This document shows positions 1 through 11,345 of a stretch of 20,319 bases of DNA, one piece after another. How positions within the stretch are numbered: the stretch's first letter is position 1; every line of letters begins with the position of its first letter. Source of the stretch: Chiloscyllium plagiosum. Lineage: Eukaryota. Both the position numbers and the translations under genes were made by a program. The notes under the pieces were generated by a model. It saw only the letters and a list, made by a program, of their open reading frames with translations. It did no database searches and was not told where the DNA came from. Where the stretch lies: assembly GCF_004010195.1 (NCBI RefSeq), contig NC_057728.1, positions 52,925,922-52,946,240 on the forward strand, given 5' to 3'.

Positions 1-339
1 TGGATAGGGTAAATAGACAAAGTCTTTTCCCTGGGGTCGGGGAGTCCAGAACTGGAAGGCATAGGTTTAGGGTGAGAGGGAAAGATATGAAAGAGACCTA
101 AGGGGCAACTTTTAACACAGAGGGTGATACACGTATGGAATGAGCTTCCAGAGGAAGTGGAGGCTGGTACAATTGCAACATTTGAGAGGCATTTGGGTGG
201 GTATATAAATAGGGAGGGTTTGGAGGGATATGGGCTGGGTGCTGGCAGGTGGGACTAGATTGGGTTGGGATATCTGGTCGGCATGGACGTGTTGGACTGA
301 AGGGTCTGTTTCCATGCTGTACAGCTCTATGACTCAATG
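1..339 (+). mobile_element. CR1-clade LINE (HER1-like) 3' end, cut by the window edge
   Basis: Decayed ORF2 C-terminus (GESRT..GHRFRVRG..DLRGNF..WNELPEEV) followed by a 3' UTR ending in the tail ctctatgactcaatg. Near-identical to the copies at 6596-7151 (-) and 18719-19215 (+). Confidence 0.9.
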
Positions 340-456
340 GAATAGAAGAATGTTAAGCAGGTTTCTTGTTCTAATGCAAACTTTGCCAGTGGAAATTTTG
401 TTTTTAGTGCTACCAGTTAAGGAACTGTCCTCCATAGGTTACTAAATTAAATAGAT

Positions 457-572
457 GGGGCCCTCTGGTGTGCATAGTAGTGTCCCTTCCCCTGCACTGG
501 GAGGCCCAGGTTCAAATCCCACTTGCATCAGAGGTGAATAATGACATCCCTGAACAGCTTGGTTAGAAAATA
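457..572 (+). mobile_element. Short tRNA-derived SINE fragment
   Basis: A-box-like tggtgtgcatagtag and B-box ggttcaaatccc. A related fragment occurs at about 19531-19580. Confidence 0.55.
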
Positions 573-2739
573 GGTTAATAATAAAAAGGCAGTGGCCCTC
601 TTTGCCCAGAGGTTTAGGCAGCTAAGTCATAGGGACCCAGCCACTGCAAGTACATGATCATCTGGCTGCATCCATGGACAGATTGGCAGCTGTAGAAACA
701 GGTCAAGTCCCCCCCGAGACTGCTAGAGACACACAAACACCTGCACTCCACTTTAGAGAGACCTCCAGGACTGAGGACATGACAACAGGAGTTACTGCCT
801 ACTCAACGTGGCCCTTAATCATGAGGTGACAGGGCAGTGCAAGGGGGAGGCACTCAGCCAGAGGAGGAACTACATGTTGGTTCCTCAGAAGTCTCCTCTC
901 AGGACATTGCAGATGCGGTTGGGCACTTTACCTCCACTCTGCCTGCCCCTTCCAACTCTTGGAATTTCAAATCAAGGGTCCACTAACGGTAAGAAGACCC
1001 TAAGAATTTTTGATGGTTTGGGTATGCTTGACAAAATCTCCATGGTTAATGAGCTCCACTGCTGAGCAGCTCCATCCACCCAGCAGTAGAACCTGGACAT
1101 CACGAAGAAACATGCGAGCAAGAGAAAGAATAAAGTCTTTGGATTGCATTTTTGTCAAATAGGTAACAGCATACTGTATAAAAAGTTTCATGTTTGTATA
1201 CATTTGATTGGTTTTACATCACATTCATTTGTTTGATTATCTTGATTGTACCTGTGCTAGTATAATGGCTAACTTTGCGTTCATACAGGATGGACTATGG
1301 TTTGATGTCCATGTTGCAGCATGAAGAGAGATGAACAAGATATACATCAGACAATGGGTTCTGCTGACACTATTGTCTCTTGTGATCAAGCATTCCCATT
1401 CTTTTCCCGGCCTCTATGCATAAAAGTGATGGTGTGAATAAAGTAGTCACCAATGTCTGGGGCAGTGAGTTATACTGTACACAGAGAGCCAATGCAGTAA
1501 GATCACCATGGATTATGGGTTACACAGTTCCGTACTCTGTACAGTGCATGGGTCATTGTTGCCCTGTAAAGGGCCTCAAATCAGGGGTCTGATTTGCAGT
1601 CCCCTCACTCACAGATCAAAATTCTGATGTAGCCTATTCTGGGTGTGCTCACAGCCATTTTCTTTCCCATTGTGTACTTTCAATTCCCAGTATGCTGGAA
1701 GGTGATAGTGACCATTCTTCATCAGTGGCTTCAACCTCCACCTCTAGGTGTCGGTGAGACCTAAGTAGCTTGATTCCTTTCCTGATAGCCCTTCCTGTGA
1801 GCCTGTACGCTTCACCTGTCCCCAAGTCCCTACCTAACCTGTCTGCTTCAGTCTGTGCCTGCATACCTTCTGCCCACAGTACCCCCAACCCCACCCCCAC
1901 CACAGTTCTTGGTAAACAGTCAACCAGTTACATTCTTATTGGAATGTGCCAGGAGAACTTTGGAATTCCTAGTCAGTCAGCCAAAAGACATTTTTACATT
2001 TTTGGAATTAAGGAACAAGTTTACACAAGCACCATTGTATTCTTTTTTAACGATGGGGTAATGCTGAGAACACACCATTTAATCTGCCAGTTTACAGAAG
2101 AAAAAATAAACATCTATTGCCAGGAATTGTGCCTGATATCTGTCACTCCAATTCAGAAGCCTGCAATGAACTGCACGTTCTTGCATTTTAGCAACTGAAA
2201 CTAGTAGATGGGAGGTAGCAAAAAGCCAGCAATTCCTGGCATCAGCTTTAATGCAGCTCTGATTGAATACGATTAAAATCAAACAGACAACCACTCACTT
2301 CCCCTTTAAAAGCAAATCTTTGAAATCCTGATATCTTCACCATGTGATCTCAGTGGGGTCAGGGATGAACATTGATGTTGCTATTCTGTTTACACAAGCA
2401 GCTGAATTCCATTTTATTCTCTTCAGCTCCAAATAAATTGATCCACGTCAGCCTTTAAAGAAACATCTCTCCCAGCCTCATCGCTACCCACCTGTGTGAG
2501 CCTCGAGAAAGCAATCAATTGACAGAATGACTCATGGTTGGCGCCTGCATCTCAGTGAAAATGAGAGGAGATTCTAATCAGATTGTTGACACTGGTCTAA
2601 TTCAAATCATTCAGCATCTTGGCTGCTACATGGCAGCTTTCCCTGTATTTCACATCAAATGCTCATCAGCAACTGACTGCTTTTTGTCTTTGGACCTAAA
2701 ACAAATCTCCAGACGACACACTGAACTTATTACACTGCT

Positions 2740-2900
2740 ACTCCCGCCCATGCCAAGTCCCTCCTCCCTACCTTTTATCTTAGCCTGCTTGGCACACTCT
2801 CCTCATTCCTGAAGAAGAGCTCATGCCCGAAACGTTGATTCTCCTGCTCCTTGGATGCTGCCTGACCTGTTGCGCTTTTCCAGCAACACATTTTCATCTC
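2740..2900 (+). mobile_element. Penelope-like element terminal repeat fragment (family A) with hammerhead motif
   Basis: cctgaagaagagctcatgcccgaaacgttgattctcctgctccttggatgctgcctgacctg; homologous to 13229-13315 and to 18847-18940 (-). Confidence 0.8.
2803..2842 (+). ncRNA. Minimal type-I hammerhead ribozyme motif (one stem II mismatch)
   Basis: CUGAAGA (2809-2815), A, GAGC/ucau/GCCC, GAAAC, GUU triplet. Confidence 0.6.
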
Positions 2901-2965
2901 ACCCCCAGTTCACTAAGGAAAGAAATTCAGTAGCACTCTCATGTACCTCTTGTATATTTTACATA

Positions 2966-3023
2966 ACTTGTATTTATTTAATGCCTTTAATATATTGAAA
3001 ATGTCCCAAAGTGCTTCACAGGT
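2966..3023 (-). mobile_element. L2-type 3' tail fragment
   Basis: acttgtatttatttaatgcctttaa...gtcccaaagtgcttcacagg resembles the terminus of the L2 at 10074-10580. Confidence 0.55.
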
Positions 3024-3029
3024 GCAGCC

Positions 3030-3222
3030 TACCCCTCAACCAGCATTATAAAACTGAATAGCTGTTCGTTAACACATTGTTGTTCATGGGAGCTTGCTGC
3101 ACATGACCAAATTGGCTGTGTTTCCTATATTACAACAATGACTACACCTCAAAAATAACTCATTGTCTGCAAAAGACTTTGAGATATCTTATGGTTATGG
3201 AAAGCACTGTAAGCCTCTTTTT
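3030..3222 (+). mobile_element. Ancient L2-tailed SINE 3' half (DeuSINE/AmnSINE-related)
   Basis: tgggagcttgctgc..aaattggctg..tttcctatattacaacaatgactacac..aaagactttgaga..gaaagcact matches my recollection of the ancient vertebrate SINE body and tail. Confidence 0.55.
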
Positions 3223-3307
3223 GTTTACTTTCAAAATGGTGAAATATGGAAACCATGAAGGTTCCAAAGAAATTTGAGGGGTCTGGGTTCACAGATCATG
3301 GGTTCAT

Positions 3308-3522
3308 GGGTCTGGGTTTCCTCTGGGTGCTCCGGTTTCCTCCCACAGTCCAAAGATGTGCAGGTCAGGTGAGTTGGCCATGCTAAATTGCCCGTAGTTT
3401 TAGGTAAATTAGTCAGTGGTAAATGTAGCGGAATGGGTCTGGGTGGGTTGCTCTTCGGAGGGTCAGTGTGGACTTGTTGGGCCGAAGGGCCTGTTTCCAC
3501 ACTATAGGAAATCTAATCTAAT
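3308..3522 (+). mobile_element. HE1 SINE (V-SINE), 5'-truncated
   Basis: V-domain gggtttcctctgggtgctccggtttcctcccacagtccaaagatgtgcagg. The 3' part is shared with the HER1 LINE tail (ttgggccgaagggcctgtttcca) and ends in (atcta)n. Confidence 0.9.
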
Positions 3523-3819
3523 TAAAATGTTACGGGCAACTACAAAGAATACTCAAGAATGCTAATGAAATGCTAGCCTGTAAACCTATAGGGAATCGTA
3601 GTTGCCTGGTAAATTATAATCTTAGACTCAGGTCTAAGATCTTGGTCTTCAAATGCGCTTATCCTCAGGTGGCTTATAGGTGAAAAGTGAATTGTGACTG
3701 TGGAAGGAGCTCCTGAGCAGCTTATCCATGGCAGACAACAGACTCCTTTGTGGTGGCTGCAATCAAACTTGTCTCTCTTCTTTAATCCATTAACAATCAC
3801 AATGTCTCATCAATTTGAT

Positions 3820-4017
3820 GAGGTGGTAGTATCGTGATAATGTCACGAGACAAGCAATCCTGAGGCGCAGGCAAATGTTGTGGGGACACAAGTTCAAAGT
3901 GCATCATGGCACTTAATTAAAATCTTGAATTAAAAGCAAGGCCAGCAATGGTGGCCATAACAACAATCATCCATTTTGAAAAAAAATCTTGTTGACCAAT
4001 ATCTATCAGGGAAGGAG
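3820..4017 (+). mobile_element. SacSINE1-like tRNA-derived SINE, 5' part, decayed
   Basis: ggtggtagtatcgtgataatgtcac..caagttcaaa..aaaatcttgaattaaaag..agggaagga; related to 17148-17368. Confidence 0.6.
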
Positions 4018-4199
4018 AAAACTGGACGGTCTACCCGGCGTTAATGTAGGCACTGGAAACGGCAATGATACACCCTCTATTGCCAACCATGCAAAGCTCT
4101 CCTTACTGACATCTTGTCTTTTTTGCCAAAATTGGGAGAGCTCTCCCAAAGACTAAGCAATAGTTTGACTTAGTCATATTAATGGAATTATGCCCTCAA

Positions 4200-4496
4200 T
4201 GGCCAGGGAGTCCAGAACCAGGGGTCACAGTTTAAATATATGGGGTAGGTCATTTAGGACTGAGATAAGGAGAAACCTCTACACCCAGGGAGTGGGGAGC
4301 CTGTGGAACTCTCTGCTACCGAAAGCAGTTGAGGTCAAAATATTGAATGTTTATAGTTCTTAGGGCTAAAGGAACTAAAGAGCATGGGGAGAACCAGGGA
4401 ACAGGATATTGAGTTTGATAATTAGTCATGATCACATTGAATAGGGAGCAGGCTCAAAGGGCAGAATGACATACTCCTGTTCCTATGTTTCTATGT
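4200..4496 (+). mobile_element. CR1 LINE 3' end (older subfamily)
   Basis: ESRTRGHSLNIWGRSFRTEIRRNLYTQ; tail ctcctgttcctatgtttctatgt. Confidence 0.85.
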
Positions 4497-4546
4497 CCTA
4501 TCCCACAAATAGGTCAGACCCATCAAACAGGGAATACCTGTTTGTA

Positions 4547-4974
4547 TACTGGGCTTGTATACCCTTAAGTTTAGAAGACTGAGAGGGGATCTGATTGAGA
4601 CGTATAAGATTATTAAAGGATTGGACACTCTGGAGGCAGGAAACATGTTTCCGCTGATGGGTGAGTCCCGAACCAGAGGACACAGCTTAAAAATAAGGGG
4701 TAGGCCATTTAGGACAGAGATGAGGAGAAACTTCTTCACCCAGAGAATGGTGGGTGTGTGGAATGCTCTGCCCCAGAAGGCAGTGGACGCCCAGTCTCTG
4801 GATTCGTTTAAGAAAGAGTTGGATAGAGCTCTCAAGGATAGTGGAATCAAAGGTTATGGAGATAAGGCAGGAACAGGATACTGATTGAGGATGATCAGCC
4901 ATGATCATATTGAATGGTGGTGCAGGCTCGAAGGGCAGAATGGCCTACTTCTGCACCTATTGTCTATTGTCTAC
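4547..4974 (+). mobile_element. Young 5'-truncated CR1 LINE with intact ORF2 C-terminus
   Basis: ORF 4555-4884 RRLRGDLIETYKIIKG..GHSLKI..RRNFFTQRMVGVWNALP; tail (ctattgt)n. Confidence 0.92.
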
Positions 4975-5159
4975 TGGTCGGGCTTGCCAGCCCCTAACCT
5001 ACTTCATCCTAATGCACATAACTAGAAGCCTGAGTCTGCTGCAGGTGGCGAGGGTACCAAAAAGAGGTCTAATGCACTGATCTTACGGAGAAGAAATCCC
5101 ATCTTCACACTGAGGATAACTTCCATTGTGATGTGTGACACTACTACCACAATCAACGA

Positions 5160-5373
5160 TCAGAAGTCACGACACCAGGTTATAGTTGAACAGGTTTATT
5201 TGAAATCACAAGCTTTCTGAGTACTGCTCCATCATCAGATGAAGAGACTTCATCTAATGAAGGAGCAGCACTCCGAAAACTTGTGAATTCAAACAAACCT
5301 GCCCGAATATAACCTGGTGTCATGTGACTTCTGACCTCATTTACCCCAGTCCAACACTGGCACTCCAGATCAT
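5160..5373. mobile_element. Fold-back Penelope terminal-repeat element (family B) with two opposed decayed hammerheads
   Basis: Imperfect inverted repeat 5160-5244 / 5248-5334 with loop aga. The right arm is homologous to the Penelope terminus at 16361-16505. Confidence 0.8.
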
Positions 5374-5577
5374 AGTAAATGGACAGAGATCTAACACATC
5401 AAACATCTCAAAGGCAACCATTAGATGTTGTGGGCCATCAGCAGCGGCAGAATTACATTCAATCACAATCTGTAACCCCACAGCCTGGCATATCTTTCAC
5501 TCTGCCATTAATATCAAGCTTGGGGATCAATCCTGCAGCACACCTAAAGTGAGGTGTCAAACTAGTGAAGCCACAAC

Positions 5578-5605
5578 ACAAGACTACAAGACTACAAGAC
5601 TACAA
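5578..5605 (+). repeat. Short tandem repeat (acaagact) x3.5
   Basis: acaagactacaagactacaagactacaa read directly. Confidence 0.85.
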
Positions 5606-5616
5606 CACAGTCGCAT

Positions 5617-5768
5617 TGCAGGTCATGCCTCACAAACCTTATTGAGTTCTTTGAGGATGTGATGAAACAAGTTGACAAAGATTGAGCAATGGATGTGGTG
5701 TATCTTGATTTCAGTAAGGTATTTCATAAGGTTCCCCACAGTAGGCTCTTTCAGAAAGTTTGGTGGTA
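5617..5768 (+). mobile_element. Internal CR1 RT fragment
   Basis: RSCLTNLIEFFEDVMKQVDKD*AMDVVYLDFSKVFHKVPHSRL. Confidence 0.85.
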
Positions 5769-6368
5769 TGCCAAACAGCAGAAGCAGCAAGTTATAGAAG
5801 GGCCAAGCTATTCCACAATCAACAGATTAGATCTAAGCTCTGAGTCCTTCCACTATCAGTGAATGATGGTGGACAATTAACCAGCTCACTGGAGGAAGCT
5901 CCCCAGATATCCCTATCCTCAATAATGGGGAGCCCTCAGCATTTCAGTGAAAATGCCTGAATTATTTGTAACCATCTCCAATCAGAAGTGCTGAATGGAT
6001 GATCCATCTCAGCCTCCTCCCAAGTTCACTGCATCATAGATGTCAGTCTTCAGCCTATTTGAGTCACCCCACATTATATCAAGAAACAAGTAGAAGCACT
6101 AGAAATCTATGGGTCATGACAATGTTCCTGCAAAAGTACTGAAGTCTGGTGCTCCAGAACTGGTCACACTCCTAGTTAGGCTGCTTTGTACAGGCACAGC
6201 AGAATAGCTGGCCATGTGGAAAATTGCCAACGTGTGTCCTGTACAGGACATGCAGGACAATTCTTAGCTGGTTAATTACCGCTCCAACAACTCATTCCAA
6301 ATCATTAGAAAAGTGATGGCAGGTTTATTGGCAGGGCTGTTAAGCAACATTTCCTCAGTAATAACTGT

Positions 6369-6548
6369 AGGATGGCATGGTGGTTCAGTGGTTATCATGA
6401 CTGCCTCACAGTACTAGGGCCCTGAGTTCAATTCTACTCAAGCAGCAGGGGTGGGTCTGGATGGAATGTGCTTCAGAGGATTGGTGTGGACTTGATGGCC
6501 AGAATGGCTTGCTTCATGCTGTAGGGTTTCTATGATTATATGATGATG
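6369..6548 (+). mobile_element. HE1 SINE, internally deleted (tRNA head joined to tail)
   Basis: Head tggcatggtggttcagtggtta..gagttcaattc; tail ggtgtggacttgatggcc..ctatgattatatga. Flanked by aataac(c)tgt at 6360 and 6549, a likely TSD. Confidence 0.75.
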
Positions 6549-6595
6549 AATAACCTGTTCACAATGCTTAATTTGGGTTTCACCAGGACCTCTTT

Positions 6596-7151
6596 ATAGA
6601 GTCATAGAATCATAGAGATGTACAGCATGGAAACAGACCCTTCGGTCCAACCCATCCACACCGACCAGATATCCCAACCCAATCTAGTCCCACCTGCCAG
6701 CACCTGGCCCATATCCCTCCAAACCCTTTCTATTCATATGCCCATCCAAATGCCTCTTAAATGTTGCAATTGTACCAGCCTCCACCACATCGTCCGGCAG
6801 CTCATTCCATATACGTACCACCCTCTGCGTGAAAAAGTTGCCCCTTAGGTCTCTTTTATATCTTTCCCCTCTCACCCTAAACCTAGGTCCTCTAGTTCTG
6901 GACTCCCCGACCCCAGGGAAAATACTTTGTCAATTTATCCTATCCATGGTTCTCATAATTTTGTAAACCTCTATAAGGTCACCCCTCAGCCTCCGATGCT
7001 CCAGGGAAAACAGCCCCAGCCTGTTCAGCCTCTCCCTGTAGCTCAGATCCTCCAACCCTGGCAACATCCTTGTAAATCTTTTCTGAACCCTTTCAAGTTT
7101 CACAACATCTTTCCGATAGGAAGGAGACCAGAATTGCACGCAATATTCCAA
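6596..7151 (-). mobile_element. Young HER1/CR1 LINE 3' end
   Basis: ORFs LEYCVQFWSPSYRKDVVKLERVQKRFTRMLPGL..RRLRGDLIEVYKIM and RDLRGNFFTQRVVRIWNELP; tail (tctatga)-like. Confidence 0.95.
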
Positions 7152-7362
7152 CACGCTTTGATCTAAATATTTATGGAAGAGCTAAACTGCATTGGTGAGG
7201 TGACAGTTATTGCTTTGACATCAAGGTAGCATTTGACATCAAGGCAGACTGTCATGTAGCCCAAGCAAAACTGATTCAATGGGAATCGAGGGAAAGCTCT
7301 TTGATGGTCAAGTCATACTTAGCAAAAAAGGTTTGGCTGTTGAAAGTTGATTATTTCAGTCA

Positions 7363-8270
7363 TTGAGACATATAGTCCTACAGCACAGAGACAGGCCCTT
7401 TGACCCAAACTGGTACATGCCAACCAAAATGTCCATCAATGCCAACCCCATTTCCCTCCACTTGGCCAACATCCTTCTATATATTTGCTATCCATGCATT
7501 TGTCCAAATGCCTTTTAAATGTTCTCAACATACCTGCCTCAACGACTTCCACTGGCAGCTCATTCCACATGCATACCACCCTCTGTGTAAAAACATTACC
7601 CCCTCAGGTTCCCATTTATTCTTTCCCCTCTAACCTGTGATTCCCCAAACCTGGGAAAATGACTGAGTGCATTCACCCTATCCATGCCTCCCATGATTTT
7701 ATAAGCTTCTATAAGATCCTCTGTCTCCTATCCTCTAAAGATAAAAGTCCTAGCTTGTCCAACCTCTCCCTATAACTCAGACCATTGAGTCCTGGCAACA
7801 TCCTTGTAAATTTCTTCTACATTCTTGCCACTTTAATAACAGCCTTCCCTATAGCAAGGTGATCAAAACTGAACACAATACTCCAAGTGCGGCCTCACCA
7901 ACATCCTGTACAACAGCAATATAACTTCTCAATTTCTATACTCAATGCCATGACTGATGAAGGCCAGTATCCCAAAAGTCTTCTTCACTGCTGTCCACTT
8001 TCAGAGAACTGTGTACCTGAACTCCAAGGTCCCTCTGTTCCACTACAATCCTTAAGGCCCTACCATTCACTATGAAACTCCTACCTTAATTTGACTTTCC
8101 AAAATGCATGACCTCACACTTATGTGTATTAAATTCCATTTGCCATTTCTCAGCCTCCCCAGCCTATCAAGGTCCTGCTGCAATTTTGGATAACCTTTCT
8201 CACTGTCCACAATACCTCTTATTTTAGTGTCATCTGCAAATGTACTAATTATCCCTTGTACATTCTCAAG
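7363..8270 (-). mobile_element. CR1 LINE 3' portion from the RT FADD motif to the tail, decayed
   Basis: ORF 8070-8276 ISTFADDTKIRGIVDSE..LQQDLDRL, plus LEYCVQF at ~7865-7885. agtca at 7358-7362 and 8271-8275 is a possible TSD. Confidence 0.9.
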
Positions 8271-9049
8271 AGTCAAGAAACATCACTGACTATATTCCTC
8301 AGGGTACTTTTCAGCTTCAGCAATGACCTTCCCTCTAACATAAAGTCAAACTTAAGGATGTTTGCTGATGTTTAATATGTTTCATAACTTCACAGACACT
8401 GAAGCTTCCATGTCTATATGAAGCAGGATCTGGACAACATCCATGCTTGGGTTGGTGAGTGGCAAGTAACATTTATGCCACAGAAGTGCCAGGCAATGGC
8501 CGCATTCAATAAGAAAGATTCCACTAACTCCTCATTCAGTGGTCCCTAATTATCAACATAAATTACCATTGACCAGAAACTTAACTGAAACAACCCATAT
8601 AAATATTGTGGCTACAAAAGCAGATCAGTGGCTGGGAATTCTCTGATGAGTAACTCATCTCCTGATGCCTCAGAGCCTGTCCACCACCTCTAAGGTACAA
8701 TATTTCTCTACCTGCTGAATATTCTCAAATTGCTTGGATAATACACTTCTAACAAAACTGAAGGAGCTCAACACTAACCAGGACAAAGTTGTCGATTGAT
8801 TGGCGCACCCGGTCCACCGCCTTCTACTTTCACTCCTGCCACCAGCAACACTCCAGTGTGTACCATTTACAAGATGCATTTCAGACCTCCACAAGTCTTC
8901 TTCAATTTCACCTTCACCCAGATTGCACACTGCATGTATCAGCCATCTCAGAACAGCATCAAATCAAAGTGGAAGCAAATAATCCTTAATCCTGAAGAAC
9001 TGTCTCAGAAGAGAATGATCTACTGAACAATAATGTAAATATTCACATG

Positions 9050-9597
9050 ATGTTCTACAGATATACAAAAGCTCTGGTTAGACCAAACAAATGTTGAGTA
9101 CTGTGTTCAGTTCTGGGCATCATACATTTGGGGGGAAATAATGGCCTTGACAAGGTTACAATGTAGAATTACTAGAATGATATTTGGGCTCCAATTGTCA
9201 AATGATGAAAATGTGATCACAAACTGTAATTTTAGTCTCTGGAATTTAAAGGATTATAGGATGATTTTATTGAACTTTAAGATATTAAGTGTAGCAGATG
9301 CAGAGAAAAGCTTTGATGGTTGAAGAGTGTAAAAATTAGAATTAGCGATTTGGGAGTCGAGTTCAGAAACACTTCTACGCAGAAAGGCTGATAGAAGTTT
9401 AGAATTTCAGTTATCGATTGTTGATACTACATCAACTGGTACTTTTAAAACAAAGCTTGATAGAGTTTTGTTAACCGAACATATTGTGGGATATGAAGTA
9501 ATGCCAGGCAAATGCAGTTAGGTCACAGGTCAGCCTCGATCTCATTGAATGCTGGCACAGGTTTAAGCTGCTATATGTGCTCCTCCTGTTCCTACTT
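9050..9597 (+). mobile_element. Old CR1 LINE 3' end
   Basis: YKxLVRP..EYCVQFWA..LTRLQCRITRMI remnants; tail ctcctcctgttccta. Confidence 0.8.
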
Positions 9598-10073
9598 TCT
9601 GATGTTTACTTTGAAAGGAATTGCTTTCTGTCAGAAACATAAAGTCAGATAATTTCTTCCACTGTTTTTTATCTCACAGAGAAGATAATGAAGTGTGACT
9701 GGGCATTTAAATCTTATCCTGTTTGAGGTCAGATTTATCTTTCAGAAGCACAGTTGTCAAGAAGAATGAATAACTGTCTATGCCTGAGAATTCAAAGCCA
9801 CGTCTTGCAAAAGGTAACAAGATTCATCTGATACTATGAATGAAGCAGTAAGCCATAACTTGCTGTCAGTACCATGGTGTGATTAATGGTGCTCACCATT
9901 ATTTGGCATCAATGGCTGCAGCAGCTTGAAGCATAGAACTTGGTTGTATGCTGTCTGTCTTACTATTGAAATGCCTATTAGAGAATGAAGTTTCTATATT
10001 TGCACAGTAGATATGAAAATAGCCTGTAACAGTAAGTTAAATATTGTTCATGTTTATCTAAAGTATTCTGTTA

Positions 10074-10580
10074 TTACAACAACTTGCATTTATATGGCAC
10101 ATTTGTCACGGTCAAATGTTCTGAGGCATTTCACAGGAGTATTATCTGGCAAAATTTGACACCATTCCACATAAGAAACTATTTTGACAAGTGACCAAAG
10201 TCTGAGTGAAAGAGGTACTTTTCAAGGAGTATCTTAAAAGAGTGAGACAGGTGGCGAGCTAGAAGGAGGAAATACAAACATTGGGGCTTATAAGACACTG
10301 AAGAAATTAAAATTGGGGACATGAAATGGTAGAGCATATTGACAGGGCTGGAAGAGGTGTATGGGAGGATTGTGGAATGTAGATAAAATAAAGACGACTA
10401 CTTTTAAATTAGGCTATTACCGGACCAGCCATCAATATAGGTCGCCAAGCAGAGGTGATATGTGAATTGGGCTTTGTTCAGTTAAAATATTCACAGCGGA
10501 ATTTTGCATGTACTCAAGTTTGTGGAGGGTGAATGATAGGATGCAAGCCAGAAAAGCACTGGAATATTTTAACCACGCAG
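10074..10580 (-). mobile_element. Old L2 LINE 3' end
   Basis: Terminus acaacaacttgcatttatatggcac..ttcacaggag..aaatttgacacc; antiparallel homology to 14640-14885. Confidence 0.7.
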
Positions 10581-11345
10581 TAAATGTTGATCGCTGTCAG
10601 TCAACATGTCTGGCACTAATTAATACCTATTAGAAGTGTGGAGATTCATTCCTTTGCTGTTGAAAATTTTTACTATGTAAAATATTAAATTTTCCCTCTC
10701 TTTATTTATCTTTATGAACCTGATTTATCATCCATTTATACCTTGCTTCTCAGTCCTTGCACTGTTTATGCCACAATCATTTACTCTGATTGTTTCAGAA
10801 GATACTAGCTGTTTGCGTGTTCATTCAGCTCCTAGATGTCTTGTTTTCCTCACTGCTGTGCTACCAGCTCACATAAATAAAGCAGAATGCAAGTGGTTAA
10901 ATCCAATTTAAAGCAATTGTGAAGGACTTTATTACATGAAAATATTTATAATGCTGTAAAATTATCTTTGTTAAATATCATTCCTGAATTATAAATCTGT
11001 CGGCTATACTGCTGTTTTCAAGATGCGATACCATTTGTTTTGTTTTCAGAATTTTTTTGCTAATCTAATGAGTGAAGCAGAGCTTTTCAACAATTTGTCC
11101 ACTGTAACTATGGATGACTCATCCTGACATTAGAATGAGTCACAAGTGGCGCAGCGCTTAGAGACCAAAACATTTTCAAAAAATGAGCATGACTTGTGAG
11201 CAAAGAATTAAATTAACATTATTTGTACCTCACTATATCTCATTAGTCTACGTCATATCCCTGTAATTTCAGGCTATGCTGAATTTATTTCCTATTTACC
11301 ATCCAGTGTTGATCAAAATTTGTTGCAGACCTCCAATATTGGTAC

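Larger units (their letters stand above)
4018..8930 (+). mobile_element. Ancient fragmented non-LTR retrotransposon (APE endonuclease + RT, CR1/Jockey-group) hosting nested insertions
   Basis: Colinear ORF2 remnants in order: LLTDI..LPKLGELSQRL (~4100-4155), LSHK*VRP (~4497), IPILNNG (~5910), MGHDNVPAKVLKSGAPEL..MWKIANVCPV..NYR (~6109-6282), FGFHQ (~6572), FDIKVAFD (~7214), IPQG (~8294), MFAD (8358-8369), QDLDNIHAWVGEWQVTFMPQKCQ (~8424). Many stops and indels. Confidence 0.8.

Noticed and set aside
457..520. tRNA-like A/B boxes here and at 6371, 14450 and 20110-20186
   Set aside because: SINE heads; no complete cloverleaf.
1770..2198. 142-aa ORF
   Set aside because: Non-ATG start, low-complexity N-terminus and no recognisable domain.
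4555..4884. Intact-looking 109-aa ORF
   Set aside because: C-terminus of CR1 ORF2 in a 5'-truncated copy, not a host CDS.
9680..9813. Possible + strand exon (ctcacag|...aaag|gtaac)
   Set aside because: Stops in all three frames; a shorter alternative gives an unrecognisable peptide.
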